Shown here one piece after another: positions 43,860-54,787 of a DNA stretch of 64,000 nt (its first letter is position 1; each line of letters opens with the position of its first letter). Position numbers and translations under genes: made by a program. The notes under the pieces were generated by a model. The model ran no database searches and was not told the origin of the DNA. It saw nothing but the letters and a program-made list of their open reading frames with translations. Origin of the DNA: Oscillospiraceae bacterium (GTDB lineage Bacteria; Bacillota; Clostridia; Saccharofermentanales; Fastidiosipilaceae); contig JAQWFM010000002.1 in assembly GCA_028704415.1 (NCBI GenBank), forward strand, positions 3,966 through 67,965, in the 5' to 3' direction.

Positions 43860-44999
43860 TTATGTTGCAGCCGGGTGTGGGCCGGCAGCAGCTTCGCCTA
43901 AACCGGTCAACGCCTGACCGGGGGCCTGAAGCGGCGGCGGACACACCGACTTGCGGACAACCAGCTGGGGAGCAAAGCTTTGACCGGCGTCAAAATTTTG
44001 CCCATTGATCAGGCGCAGCAGGTTGCGGGCGGCGACTTTGCCGACCTCACTGCTGGGGTTGCGGACGCTGGTCAGCGGGACCGAGGACACGCTGGCCAGC
44101 CGGGAGTCATCTATGGATACGATTGACAGATCTTCCGGCACGCGTAAACCGTGCTGCTGGAGTAAGTCAATCAGGCGAATGGCAATTTGATCATTATAGG
44201 TCACCACCGCGCTGCAGCCGGAGAGCCGGCGCAGGATCTGATCCCCGCCGATATCCAGGTCCGGCAGGTCTTCAGTCGTGTACCAGTAGATTTGTTTATC
44301 GGCAAAGGCCGCGCCGGCCTGGAGTAAGGCCCGCTGGAACCCGCGGTAGCGCAGGTGCCCTTGCATATCATCGGATTTAAACAGGCCGCCGATTTGTCGG
44401 TGACCGGACTGCAGCAGGTACTGTGCCGCTATAAAACCGGCCTGGTCATCATCCAGGGCGACCTGGGGAAAGGGCAGATCAGGGTAGGCTGAGTTAATGG
44501 TGATTAACGGATAATTGCTTTTGAGTAATTGGCTGTACAGGTCACGATTGGGGTTAGGTAAGGCGCTTTTAGTCGGCTCCAGGATGATGCCGTCGACATT
44601 TTTTTCCAGCATGGCTTCCAGCAACTTGCGCTCCTGGGCCACAGAGTTGCGGGTGGAAGCCAGGTAGACATAATAACCCTCCGCGGTAAAGATCCGCTCC
44701 AGCTCTTTAATGATGATAGGAAAAATATAGTCGCTCAGGTAGGTGACCAGAATGCCAATGGTGCGGGTGCGGCTGAAGCGCCGATTGACCGCCTCAGCGG
44801 TGACAAAGGTGCCGCTGCCCTTCCGGCTGACCAGTAAGCCTTCATCGGTCAGGGCACTTAAAGCCTGGCGGACGGTTTGGCGGCTGAGGCCGTATTTTTG
44901 ACAGAGTTGATTTTCTGAATAGAAGCGCTGGCCTTCTTTCCAGTTATTGTTCATTAAATCACTCTTAAGTTGGTTGTTCAGCTGCAGACTTTTTTTCAT
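43860..44999 (-). CDS. araR: Arabinose-utilisation repressor AraR (GntR HTH plus LacI/PBP-type sugar-binding domain)
   Basis: GntR wHTH SENQLCQKYGLSRQTVRQALSALTDEGLLVSRKGSGTFV followed by a periplasmic-binding-protein-like domain. It lies directly upstream of araA-araD. Confidence 0.85.
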   Translation of the reverse strand: MKKSLQLNNQLKSDLMNNNWKEGQRFYSENQLCQKYGLSRQTVRQALSALTDEGLLVSRKGSGTFVTAEAVNRRFSRTRTIGILVTYLSDYIFPIIIKELERIFTAEGYYVYLASTRNSVAQERKLLEAMLEKNVDGIILEPTKSALPNPNRDLYSQLLKSNYPLITINSAYPDLPFPQVALDDDQAGFIAAQYLLQSGHRQIGGLFKSDDMQGHLRYRGFQRALLQAGAAFADKQIYWYTTEDLPDLDIGGDQILRRLSGCSAVVTYNDQIAIRLIDLLQQHGLRVPEDLSIVSIDDSRLASVSSVPLTSVRNPSSEVGKVAARNLLRLINGQNFDAGQSFAPQLVVRKSVCPPPLQAPGQALTGLGEAAAGPHPAAT

Positions 45000-45098
45000 G
45001 TCCTATCTCCTGCTACCAGTCCTCTTTCTATTTATGACTTGAATTGGGGCTGCCGTCAATAATAACATACAAGTTTTGTTGAATGCTATGCGAATAGC

Positions 45099-47021
<1,923 letters not shown>

Positions 47022-47390
47022 GCCCTGACCGGTACTCCGGATCACAGTAAAACCGGAAACCCAAGATCTGTAAACTAACCTGAATATCTGAGAGCTGCTA
47101 AGCGAAGGACTGCTTAACGTTCGGCTTAACCTGCGGGAGCCGCAGGAAAAAGCTGGCGCGAGGCAGTCTCTTTTATTCTGGGTGAAGGCGAAGCGTACGA
47201 TTTATGGCATTGAACTGGCAATATAAGGTCACTGCCATGCCAGATGGCTGGAAGCAGTCGGGCAGATCAATTCCTTAGTCAGGACCTTACACGATAAAAA
47301 TTCCGCTATAATAAACAGGTATATAAGGGAAGGTTGGCTGTTACCTACGGTGAATGACGCAGGCCAGCAACTGTGTAAGGAGATCTTGCT

Positions 47391-48455
47391 ATGAAAGAAA
47401 TCAATCCGCCGGATACGGCTCAACCATCACCCCCAGCCGGCTGCTTCAAATGGGGGATCCTGGGCTGTGGCACCATAGCCGCCAAATTTGCGGAAGCCAT
47501 CGCTTTGCTGCCGGACGCGGTTCTGCACGCCGCTGCCAGCCGCGACCTGACCAAAGCGGAGGCCTTTGCGCGGCAATGGGGCGCCAGCTACGCCTACGGA
47601 TCCTATGAGCAGATGCTGGCGGACTCGGACCACCGACCGGATGCCGTCTATGTGGCCACAATTCATCCGCAGCATCTGGCCGCGGCCAGGCTGGTCCTGC
47701 AGCAGGGCATTCCGCTGCTGGTGGAAAAGCCCCTGACCCTTAACGCCGCCGAGGCCCGGGAGCTTATTCAACTGGCCCGGCAGCAAAACTGCTTTATGAT
47801 GGAAGCCATGTGGTCGCGGTTTCTGCCGGCAGCCCGCCAGGCCCGGCGCTGGGTAGAGGAGGGCCGGATTGGCCAGGTACGCCTGCTGCAGGCTAACTAC
47901 GGTTACAACGGCGGTCCGGACCGCCGCCGCCGCCACCTCAACCGGGATTTGGGCGGCGGTACGCTGCTGGATATCGGGATCTACAATCTGGAATTTACCG
48001 GTGATATCCTGGGCTACCCGCCGCAGGCCCTGCAATCACAGGCCTGGCTGGACCCGGAAAGCGGGGCTGACACTCACTATCAGGCCACGCTTATTTATCC
48101 CGAGGCGACAGCCCAGCTGGCCGGCAGCGTCATGACTTATTATCCGGACCGGGCTTGTATCCTGGGCGATAAAGGCCGGATTGAACTGCCGCACTTTCAT
48201 GAAGCCCAGGAGGTCTGGTTGTATACCGAAGACGGCGCCAGCTGTCACTTTTGCCAGTCCTATAAAAATGGCTTCCAGTTTGAAATTGCGGAAGTCATGC
48301 GCTGCGTCCGGGCCGGACTGACGGAGTCGCCTGCGATGTCCCTGGCAGAAAGCCTGGCCTGGCAAGAGGTAATGGATCAGCTGCGCCAGGCCTGGGGGCT
48401 GGTGTATCCTACGGAAAAGGCTGCGGGGCAGCCGGTGGAACCGAGGCAGGCATGA
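47391..48455 (+). CDS. Gfo/Idh/MocA-family oxidoreductase
   Basis: WGILGCGTIAAKF Rossmann motif and the LVEKPL motif. SD AAGGAG lies before the ATG. Confidence 0.85.
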   Translation: MKEINPPDTAQPSPPAGCFKWGILGCGTIAAKFAEAIALLPDAVLHAAASRDLTKAEAFARQWGASYAYGSYEQMLADSDHRPDAVYVATIHPQHLAAARLVLQQGIPLLVEKPLTLNAAEARELIQLARQQNCFMMEAMWSRFLPAARQARRWVEEGRIGQVRLLQANYGYNGGPDRRRRHLNRDLGGGTLLDIGIYNLEFTGDILGYPPQALQSQAWLDPESGADTHYQATLIYPEATAQLAGSVMTYYPDRACILGDKGRIELPHFHEAQEVWLYTEDGASCHFCQSYKNGFQFEIAEVMRCVRAGLTESPAMSLAESLAWQEVMDQLRQAWGLVYPTEKAAGQPVEPRQA

Positions 48456-49414
48456 GTGTCGTACTGAGTATTTTCCTGGACAACATCCTGCCCATTTTTT
48501 TACTGATTCTGGCCGGCGTGATTTTAGGCCGGGCTTTTCATCTGGACATCGATACGCTGTCTAAACTTAACCTGTATCTCTTCATGCCCGCGTTTACCTT
48601 TGTGAATCTGTATGAGGCTAAAATCCCCCGTTCTCTGCTGCTGGTCTTGCTGTTCTCTTCGCTGCTGCTGATCGTCAATCTGGCGGTCAGCGAAGGCCTG
48701 GGCCGCAAACTCCATTTCAGCCGGCCGCGCCGCAAGGCGTTTCAAAATGCGATCAGCTTTTACAATTCCGGCAACATAGGCCTGCCGCTTGTCCAGCTGG
48801 TGTTCTCTACCGGCCCGGCGGTGATCAACGGCGCTACCCCGTATCTGGAACTGGCTACTACGGCGCAGATTATGGTCATTGTCCTGCAAAACCTGACCAC
48901 GGCCACCATCTGCTATTACAATGCGGCCAGTGCCACGGAAAAACCGGCGGCGGCTATCCGCCGGGTCTTTACCCTGCCGGCCATGTATACCATTGCGCTG
49001 GCTGTGATCCTGAAACAAATCCCTTATGATTTTACTCAGCTGCCGGTTTGGGCGGCGGTGCAGTATCTGGCTGATGGTTTGGTCGCGATTGCGCTGGTGA
49101 CGCTGGGGGTTCAGCTGTCCCATACCCGCTTTAACTTTAAGCTAAAAGCGGCCTGGCTGGCGGTAGCCCTGCGTTTGCTGGGCGGCCCGCTGATTGCCCT
49201 GCCGCTGATAAAGCTGCTGGGCTTTGAAGGGGTGGTGGCCCAGGCCGTCTTTATTTCTTCCGGCGTACCAACCGCAGTGAATTCAGCCTTGATTGCGGCA
49301 GAGCGGCATAATGACGAAGATTTTGCGGCTCAGGTGGTGTTGATGAGCACGACCCTGTGCGCCGTTTCGCTTATTTTAGTCATTTATTTAGCCCGGGTGC
49401 TTTTCCCTATTTGA
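48452..49414 (+). CDS. AEC (auxin efflux carrier) family transporter
   Basis: Ten-TM-like hydrophobic profile and an AEC-type N-terminus ILPIFLLILAGVILGR. Its start overlaps the upstream stop (ATGA). Confidence 0.8.
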   Translation: MSVVLSIFLDNILPIFLLILAGVILGRAFHLDIDTLSKLNLYLFMPAFTFVNLYEAKIPRSLLLVLLFSSLLLIVNLAVSEGLGRKLHFSRPRRKAFQNAISFYNSGNIGLPLVQLVFSTGPAVINGATPYLELATTAQIMVIVLQNLTTATICYYNAASATEKPAAAIRRVFTLPAMYTIALAVILKQIPYDFTQLPVWAAVQYLADGLVAIALVTLGVQLSHTRFNFKLKAAWLAVALRLLGGPLIALPLIKLLGFEGVVAQAVFISSGVPTAVNSALIAAERHNDEDFAAQVVLMSTTLCAVSLILVIYLARVLFPI

Positions 49415-49476
49415 ACGCGGCGGTATCAGAAAACGAAAGCGGGCGGTATCAGAAATCGCGGCAGAAGCTTAAAAAA

Positions 49477-49519
49477 GCCGACTTGGGTCTGAAGGCAGCA
49501 GACTCAAGCCGGCTTTTTT
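49477..49519. terminator. Bidirectional intrinsic terminator between convergent AEC transporter and asnB
   Basis: AAAAAA-GCCGACTTGGGTCTG-loop-CAGACTCAAGCCGGC-TTTTTT. This is a long imperfect stem flanked by an A-run and a T-run. Confidence 0.75.
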
Positions 49520-49568
49520 GAGGTACAAAGCATTCAGCCGCTTCGCAGACAGCGGGGGCGGGCAAAGC

Positions 49569-51164
49569 TTACAATCCACTCTTGCCGTAGTTTGGCAGAA
49601 CGCGGGCGGACGGATCGCGGACGTCGTTGCCCACCCAGTCCCGGTTGGGCATCCAGAAATCTTTTACCATGTCGGACTGGCCGGGATAGTAGGCTTCAAA
49701 GATTTCCCGATATAGCAGGCTTTCCTTAGTAAAGGGCGTTGCGTGCTTATAAAAGTGCCGCCGGGTCTCAAAGGCCTGATCAGTATAACGGCGTTCTGCG
49801 TAGGCCTTCAGGTCGTCTACCATGGAGTGGCCTACCGCATCGCTGAAGGCAGCCTTATCCCGCCATAAAATGTTATCCGGCAGCCAGTCGCCTTCGGCAA
49901 AGGCCTGACGCAGCAGGTACTTGCCCATCTGGTAGCGGTTCATCTTCAGCTCTGGGTTGATGGCCATGACGTAGCGGACAAAGTCCAGATCGCCAAACGG
50001 CACCCGAGCCTCCAGCCCGTGGACGGAAATACAGCGGTCGGCGCGCAGCACGTCATACATATGCAGCTCGTCCACGCGTTTTTTGGCTTCGGCCTGAAAA
50101 CTGGCCGCGTCAGGCGCATAGTCCGTGTATTTATAGCCAAACAGCTCATCTGAAACTTCGCCGGTCAGGAGCACCCGCACGTCAGAGGTCTGGCGGACGG
50201 CCTTACAGACCAGGTACATGCCCATGCTGGCCCGGATGGTGGTGATGTCATAGGTGCCCAGCGCGGCTATGACTTCTTTCAGGTTTTCCAGTACCTCGGC
50301 TTCATTCATAATGACTTCAGTGTGCTCGGCACCTAAAAAATCAGCGACTTCCCGGGCGTACTTTAGGTCTATGGCATCAGTATCCATCCCAATGGAGAAC
50401 GTCCGGATGGGCCGGTCAAGTTTACGGGCGGCTATAGAGCAAACTAAACTGCTGTCTAGACCGCCGCTCAGTAAAAATCCAACTGGCACATCCGCGTCCA
50501 GCCGCTTATCTACGGCGTCAATCAGGCGTTCACGGATGCCCTGGCATATTTCAGGCAAAGCTGCGGGCCCGGCTAAACCAATGGAAGGCGTGGCGGAGGT
50601 TAAATCCGTGTAGCGGGTAAATTGACCGTCTTTATAGTAATGACCGGGCGGGAAAGGCTGGATGCGGTCGCAAAGTCCCACCAGATTTTTAGGTTCGCTG
50701 GCCAGCGCCAGACCACCATGCGCGTCATAGCCGTAATAGAGTGGGCGGATGCCGATAGGGTCGCGGGCGGCAATAAAACTGTGCTGGTCCTGATCATAAA
50801 TGATCAGCGCAAACTCAGCGTCAAGCATGGCAAACATGTCGGTGCCGTATTCACGATAGAGCGGTAAAAGGATTTCACAATCAGACTCACTGCTAAACTG
50901 ATAGCCTTTGGCTTCCAGCGCTTGGCGAAAGGCTTCAAAACGATAGATTTCACCATTACAGACCAAGGTCTGCCGGCCCAGATGAAAGGGCTGCATGCCG
51001 CGCTCATCCGGTCCCATGATGGCCAGGCGGTGAAAGCCTATCCAGCCGTCAGGCAGCTGTTCCAGCCGGCTCATGTCCGGACCGCGGCTGAGACTGCGGT
51101 CAAAAAAGATTTCGACCTCAGCTTGGGTCAGATAATCGTTTTGCAGGCCCAAAATTGAACACAT
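49569..51164 (-). CDS. asnB: Asparagine synthase (glutamine-hydrolysing)
   Basis: Ntn start MCSILG (Cys2) and PP-loop FLLSGGLDSS. SD GGAGGTG lies 8 nt before ATG 51164. The 75 extra residues in the track ORF fall in the T-box leader and are rejected. Confidence 0.92.
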   Translation of the reverse strand: MCSILGLQNDYLTQAEVEIFFDRSLSRGPDMSRLEQLPDGWIGFHRLAIMGPDERGMQPFHLGRQTLVCNGEIYRFEAFRQALEAKGYQFSSESDCEILLPLYREYGTDMFAMLDAEFALIIYDQDQHSFIAARDPIGIRPLYYGYDAHGGLALASEPKNLVGLCDRIQPFPPGHYYKDGQFTRYTDLTSATPSIGLAGPAALPEICQGIRERLIDAVDKRLDADVPVGFLLSGGLDSSLVCSIAARKLDRPIRTFSIGMDTDAIDLKYAREVADFLGAEHTEVIMNEAEVLENLKEVIAALGTYDITTIRASMGMYLVCKAVRQTSDVRVLLTGEVSDELFGYKYTDYAPDAASFQAEAKKRVDELHMYDVLRADRCISVHGLEARVPFGDLDFVRYVMAINPELKMNRYQMGKYLLRQAFAEGDWLPDNILWRDKAAFSDAVGHSMVDDLKAYAERRYTDQAFETRRHFYKHATPFTKESLLYREIFEAYYPGQSDMVKDFWMPNRDWVGNDVRDPSARVLPNYGKSGL

Positions 51165-51169
51165 AAAAA

Positions 51170-51630
51170 AACACCTCCGGATAATCTGTCTGCAGCGTTT
51201 GCTTGTTTGTCTCTCACATGAACTGGCGGGTGCTGTTTCCTTATTCAGGAAAGCCCTGCAGTTTTGTGATAGGACGAATTGCTGCTCATCCGTGGTGCCA
51301 CCTATCTTACCCGTTCCGTTACTGCTTTCCTTATTGTAAAGGAGGGTCAAGGCTGCGGGCTGTCCACGGCTTATAGCCTGCGGATCCACTTTGCCTTAAC
51401 TGACTCCGGGAAAACCGGTCTGGGTCACTTATCGGAACTCTACCAAGTCCGTCCGGTCTAACGCGCCGGCTTACGTCTCACCTACTTGGCAGCTGGGGCT
51501 CCGCCTGATGACGGGCGCGACTGCGGTTCAGTTTGCGGCTGAGGAGTGTTCTTCACACCGGACACGGATACGGGTTTTGCACTGCCACCCGCTCACTGGC
51601 TCCGCTTGAGGCCGGTATTACTTTTCTCCC
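51170..51630 (-). promoter_or_regulatory. T-box leader (tRNA-Asn-responsive) of asnB
   Basis: Minus-strand RNA. Stem I is GGAG-AAAAGUA-AUACCGG...CCGGUGU-GAAGAACA-CUCC, with AG-bulge-like AGUGAG and distal loop GGCAGUGCAAA closed by CGGGU/ACCCG. The specifier is AAC (plus-strand GTT, 51548-51550) followed by A. The T-box sequence AAGAUAGGUGGCACCACGG lies at 51290-51308. It forms a textbook antiterminator: GAUAGG[UGGCACC]ACGGAU-loop-AUUCGUCCUAUC (51268-51306). Confidence 0.8.
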
Positions 51631-51659
51631 TCAACGCCTTTAGCTGTATGTTGAGTTGC

Positions 51660-51689
51660 ATAATAGCACGCTGTTTATCCAGTGGTCAA
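51660..51689 (-). promoter_or_regulatory. Candidate sigma-A promoter of the asnB T-box leader
   Basis: Minus strand: TTGACC (51689-51684), 18-nt spacer, TATTAT (51665-51660), about 25 nt upstream of Stem I. Confidence 0.5.
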
Positions 51690-51913
51690 GGGTTTTACGG
51701 AGAATTTATGAAAGATTTTTTCTGCCTGGCTGCAAATTTAGTGCAGCCAAGTCTGCTTTGCGTATTAGCTGCAGGTCTGCTGCGATTTGGGCGTTATTTC
51801 AAACTGCGGCGGCAAACGTTTAGGTTTGGCGCGGCAGATCTAAGCGTTTGCGCTATAATAAAACCTGTGTGACCAGCCGCTTTGGCTAATTTATTTAACA
51901 GGAGAGCCAACCT

Positions 51914-52729
51914 ATGCAAATTGAAACCCTGAGTGTTCCGCAGACCCGTTTTGGCAGCTTTATTAAAGCGTATATTCAGGATGACTGGTATGACCAGCGC
52001 CATATGAGCTGCCTGCGTCCGGGCATGTTAATTTTGCCCGGCGGCGGTTATAGCTTTACCTCTGATCGTGAAGCTGAGCCGATTGCCTTATATTATTTGA
52101 ATGAAGGTTATAACGCCTTTGTGCTGCGTTACACCGTGGCAGCTGAAGCCAAGTGGCCGGATCAGTTGGAGGAAGCCATGCGCACCATGGCCCTGCTCCG
52201 CGAACGCGCCTCAGAGTGGGGCATGGATCCGCAGCGGCTGGCGGTGATCGGCTTTTCTGCCGGCGGTCACCTGGCGGCTAATCTGGCCGTTGATTCCAGT
52301 GACCCGGAACTGCTGCGGCGGTTTGCCTTAACCCGGGAGCAAGTGCGTCCCAATGCGGTGGTGCTGTCCTATCCGGTCATCAGCTCCGGCCCTTACCAGC
52401 ATGAAGGCTCCTTTGACTGCCTGCTGCGGGAGGACGCTAGTGATCCGGCTAAACGGGCGCGCGTCAGTCTGGAAAAGCGGGTGACCGCTGACACCCCGCC
52501 GTGCTATATCTGGCACACGGCGGATGACGGAGCGGTGCCGGTTCAAAACAGCTTACTGTTTGCCCAGGCTCTGGCCGATCACCAGGTACCTTTCAGTTTA
52601 AGAATCTTTGAACACGGCCCGCACGGCTTGGCCCGGGCGCGCTGGTTTGACAATAATCAGCTGAATGATCTGGAGATTGCCGGCTGGACGGAGGAAAGCG
52701 CCAGATTTTTAGAAAAGCATCTTGTCTGA
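51914..52729 (+). CDS. Alpha/beta hydrolase (acetyl-esterase/Aes-like, probable carbohydrate esterase)
   Basis: LILPGGGY oxyanion region and nucleophile elbow GFSAGGHLA. SD AGGAGAG lies 8 nt before the ATG. Confidence 0.8.
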   Translation: MQIETLSVPQTRFGSFIKAYIQDDWYDQRHMSCLRPGMLILPGGGYSFTSDREAEPIALYYLNEGYNAFVLRYTVAAEAKWPDQLEEAMRTMALLRERASEWGMDPQRLAVIGFSAGGHLAANLAVDSSDPELLRRFALTREQVRPNAVVLSYPVISSGPYQHEGSFDCLLREDASDPAKRARVSLEKRVTADTPPCYIWHTADDGAVPVQNSLLFAQALADHQVPFSLRIFEHGPHGLARARWFDNNQLNDLEIAGWTEESARFLEKHLV

Positions 52730-52783
52730 CGGCCGCAGTTTACTAAACGCGGTCAGGCAGACTGCAGCCGCCGGTCCGGGCGT

Positions 52784-53830
52784 ATGAACAGGGGGTTTGT
52801 CTTAGTGCTTTACAATAATGCGCTCTATTTTTTAGTCTATTCCTTTATTGGCTGGTGCGGCGAGGTTGCGTATCACGCTTTAAAAGAGCGCAGTTTTGCC
52901 AACCGCGGGATGCTCAACGGTCCGGTCTGTCCCATCTATGGCATTGGCGTGCTGCTGCTGGTGAATCTATTGGCGCCGCTGTCCGGCCACTTAGGCTTGC
53001 TCTTTATAGGAGCCATGCTGCTGATGTCGTTAGAAGAGCTAATTGGCGGCTGGGCGCTGGATAAACTGTTTCATCAGCGCTGGTGGGACTATAGTGACAC
53101 GCCGTTGAATCTGGGCGGCTATATCTGCCTGGGCTTCTCCCTGCTTTGGGGCGTGGCCGGCGTCTTGCTGCTGCGGGTGGTCCATCCCCCCATCGCGTTT
53201 TTGCTCAGCCGCATTCTCCCCCGGGCAGGCTGGTTTATCCTGATCCCCCTCTATGTCATTTTTACCGTGGATCTGGTGACGACCATCCTGATTTTGCTCA
53301 AGCTCAATCGCCGGCTGGCGCAGCTGGATGAAATCCGCCATTCTATCCGGGAGGTCTCCGACCGGATCGGACTGATCGTCAATAACAGTACCCTTAAGGT
53401 GGTGGATCAGCTGGAGGGCAATGAACAGTTGGGCCATCTGAAAACTAATGTGGGCGAAGTCAGCCAGACCCTGAGCGAAAAAGGTCAGCAAGTAGCCTTG
53501 AGCCTGGACCAGAAACGGCAGCAGGTCACCCAGTCGCTGGGTGAAACAAAGCAGTCCGTGGAGCGAGGCCTGGGCGGTATCCGTCAGGCCGCCAGCGGGA
53601 CCAGACAAAATATGGAGCAAGGAATTAATGAACTGCGCAGCCGCTTGAACGAACTGACCCGTAAAGAAGAAAGCCTGACCCGCACCAAACCGTCATATGG
53701 GATCCGCCGTTTGCTGAAAGCTTTCCCGGGGGCGCGCTCTACCCGCTACAGTGAAACGCTGGAAGCCCTTAAGCATGCTCTGCTTAGCCGGGTATCCGCA
53801 GATCCTGATACCCATCACGATCCTGACTAA
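52784..53830 (+). CDS. PF06541/DUF1113-like polytopic membrane domain fused to a C-terminal 11-residue-repeat helical domain
   Basis: N-terminal YFLVYSFIGWCGEVAY...NGPVCPIYGIG is typical of the 'putative ABC-transporter type IV' family. The C-terminal 120 aa are hydrophilic and repetitive. An alternative GTG start at 52805 has AGGGGG 9 nt upstream. Confidence 0.6.
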   Translation: MNRGFVLVLYNNALYFLVYSFIGWCGEVAYHALKERSFANRGMLNGPVCPIYGIGVLLLVNLLAPLSGHLGLLFIGAMLLMSLEELIGGWALDKLFHQRWWDYSDTPLNLGGYICLGFSLLWGVAGVLLLRVVHPPIAFLLSRILPRAGWFILIPLYVIFTVDLVTTILILLKLNRRLAQLDEIRHSIREVSDRIGLIVNNSTLKVVDQLEGNEQLGHLKTNVGEVSQTLSEKGQQVALSLDQKRQQVTQSLGETKQSVERGLGGIRQAASGTRQNMEQGINELRSRLNELTRKEESLTRTKPSYGIRRLLKAFPGARSTRYSETLEALKHALLSRVSADPDTHHDPD

Positions 53831-53910
53831 GCGGACGGCAAAGCGCGGGCGTCTTAAGGTGCCTGATCTGGTCTGACCTGACCGCTTTGAAATACAGAGA
53901 GGAAGCTCAT

Positions 53911-54681
53911 ATGCGTTATATTCGCTATTGTTATCAAGAACAAATCTCCTATGGCTTGTTGGAGGGCGACGTAGTTAAGCCTTGTCTGGGCAGTCCTGAA
54001 ACCGGCGGCCTTAAGCCCATAGTCGCTGCGGAGACGCTGCGGTTGGATCAGGTCACGTTGTTAGCGCCGTTAAGACCCGGCAAAATGGTCTGTGTGGGCT
54101 TAAATTATCTGGACCACATTCAGGAGTTTCATAAAACCAAGCCTGCTGAGCCGGTTTTGTTTATTAAGCCGCTGTCGGCCTTGCTGGACCCGGGCCAGGC
54201 CATTGTCCGGCCGCCTGAATCATCGCGGGTCGATTACGAGGGCGAACTGGTCACCGTCATCGGCCGCCGGGCCTGCCGCGTGAGCCCGGCTGAAGCTCAA
54301 GCCTGCATTTGGGGTTATACCTGCGGTAATGATGTGACCGCGCGGGATTTGCAGCCGCAAGACGGACAGTGGACCCGGGCCAAGGGCTTTGATACCTTTG
54401 CGCCGTTGGGGCCCTGGGTGGAAACCGCGCTTGACCCGGCAGATCTGGCTATCCGGACTTACCTGAACGGCAAGCTGGTTCAAAATAGCCGGACGTCCTA
54501 CTTGCTGTTTAAGCCGGACTTTCTGGTCAGCTACATCTCTCATGTCATGACCCTCAATCCGGGGGATGTCATCTTTACCGGGACTTCCTCAGGTGTTGGT
54601 CCCATGCAGGCAGGAGACCGGGTGGCGGTGGAAATTGAGGGCCTTGGCCGGCTGGAAAATCCGGTTGTCGATCTGGCTTAA
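53911..54681 (+). CDS. Fumarylacetoacetate hydrolase (FAH) family protein
   Basis: VCVGLNYLDH, VDYEGELVTVIG, GNDVTARD, GDVIFTGTSSGVG. Start at MRYIRY, with SD AGAGAGGAAG upstream. The TTG at 53887 is rejected. Confidence 0.85.
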   Translation: MRYIRYCYQEQISYGLLEGDVVKPCLGSPETGGLKPIVAAETLRLDQVTLLAPLRPGKMVCVGLNYLDHIQEFHKTKPAEPVLFIKPLSALLDPGQAIVRPPESSRVDYEGELVTVIGRRACRVSPAEAQACIWGYTCGNDVTARDLQPQDGQWTRAKGFDTFAPLGPWVETALDPADLAIRTYLNGKLVQNSRTSYLLFKPDFLVSYISHVMTLNPGDVIFTGTSSGVGPMQAGDRVAVEIEGLGRLENPVVDLA

Positions 54682-54787
54682 GCAGGAAGCGCTCCGGGAG
54701 CTGGATCCGGAATCAGGCGGCTAAACCCAGTCTGATCAATTAAGCTTCAGCCGACCCGTGGGTCTTTAGTCTGGGCTCCGGCCGCGT

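Noticed and set aside
47022-47390. The 369-bp abfA/oxidoreductase spacer, with small ORF 47229-47423 (-), GCTTAAC direct repeats and a CCTGCGGGAGCCGCAGG hairpin. It was examined for a tRNA, sRNA or mobile-element remnant.
   Set aside because: It has no tRNA T-arm (GGTTCGA-type) sequence, no terminal inverted repeats, and no U-tract after the hairpin. The small ORF lacks an SD and overlaps the next gene's start.
51165-51389. 5'-extended versions of ORFs in the track: asnB to 51389, rpoC to 5641, binding protein to 13113, dnaA to 25375, abfA to 45480, IMPase to 40389, AraC to 14854, parA to 18420, FAH from 53887.
   Set aside because: The extensions run into upstream genes or regulatory RNA, lack an SD, and add residues with no family similarity. 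In each case an internal start with a good SD and a family-typical N-terminus exists.
51170-51650. Considered whether the highly structured about 480-nt region upstream of asnB is RNase P RNA, tmRNA or another large ncRNA.
   Set aside because: It lacks the universal RNase P GAGGAAAGUCC box and has no tmRNA tRNA-like ends. It does contain Stem I with a specifier and a canonical T-box antiterminator, so it is a T-box leader.
51546-52003. ORFs 51546-51872 (+) and 51794-52003 (-) in the asnB/esterase spacer.
   Set aside because: They have no SD and hydrophobic or low-complexity products. They overlap the T-box Stem I/promoter and the start of the esterase gene.
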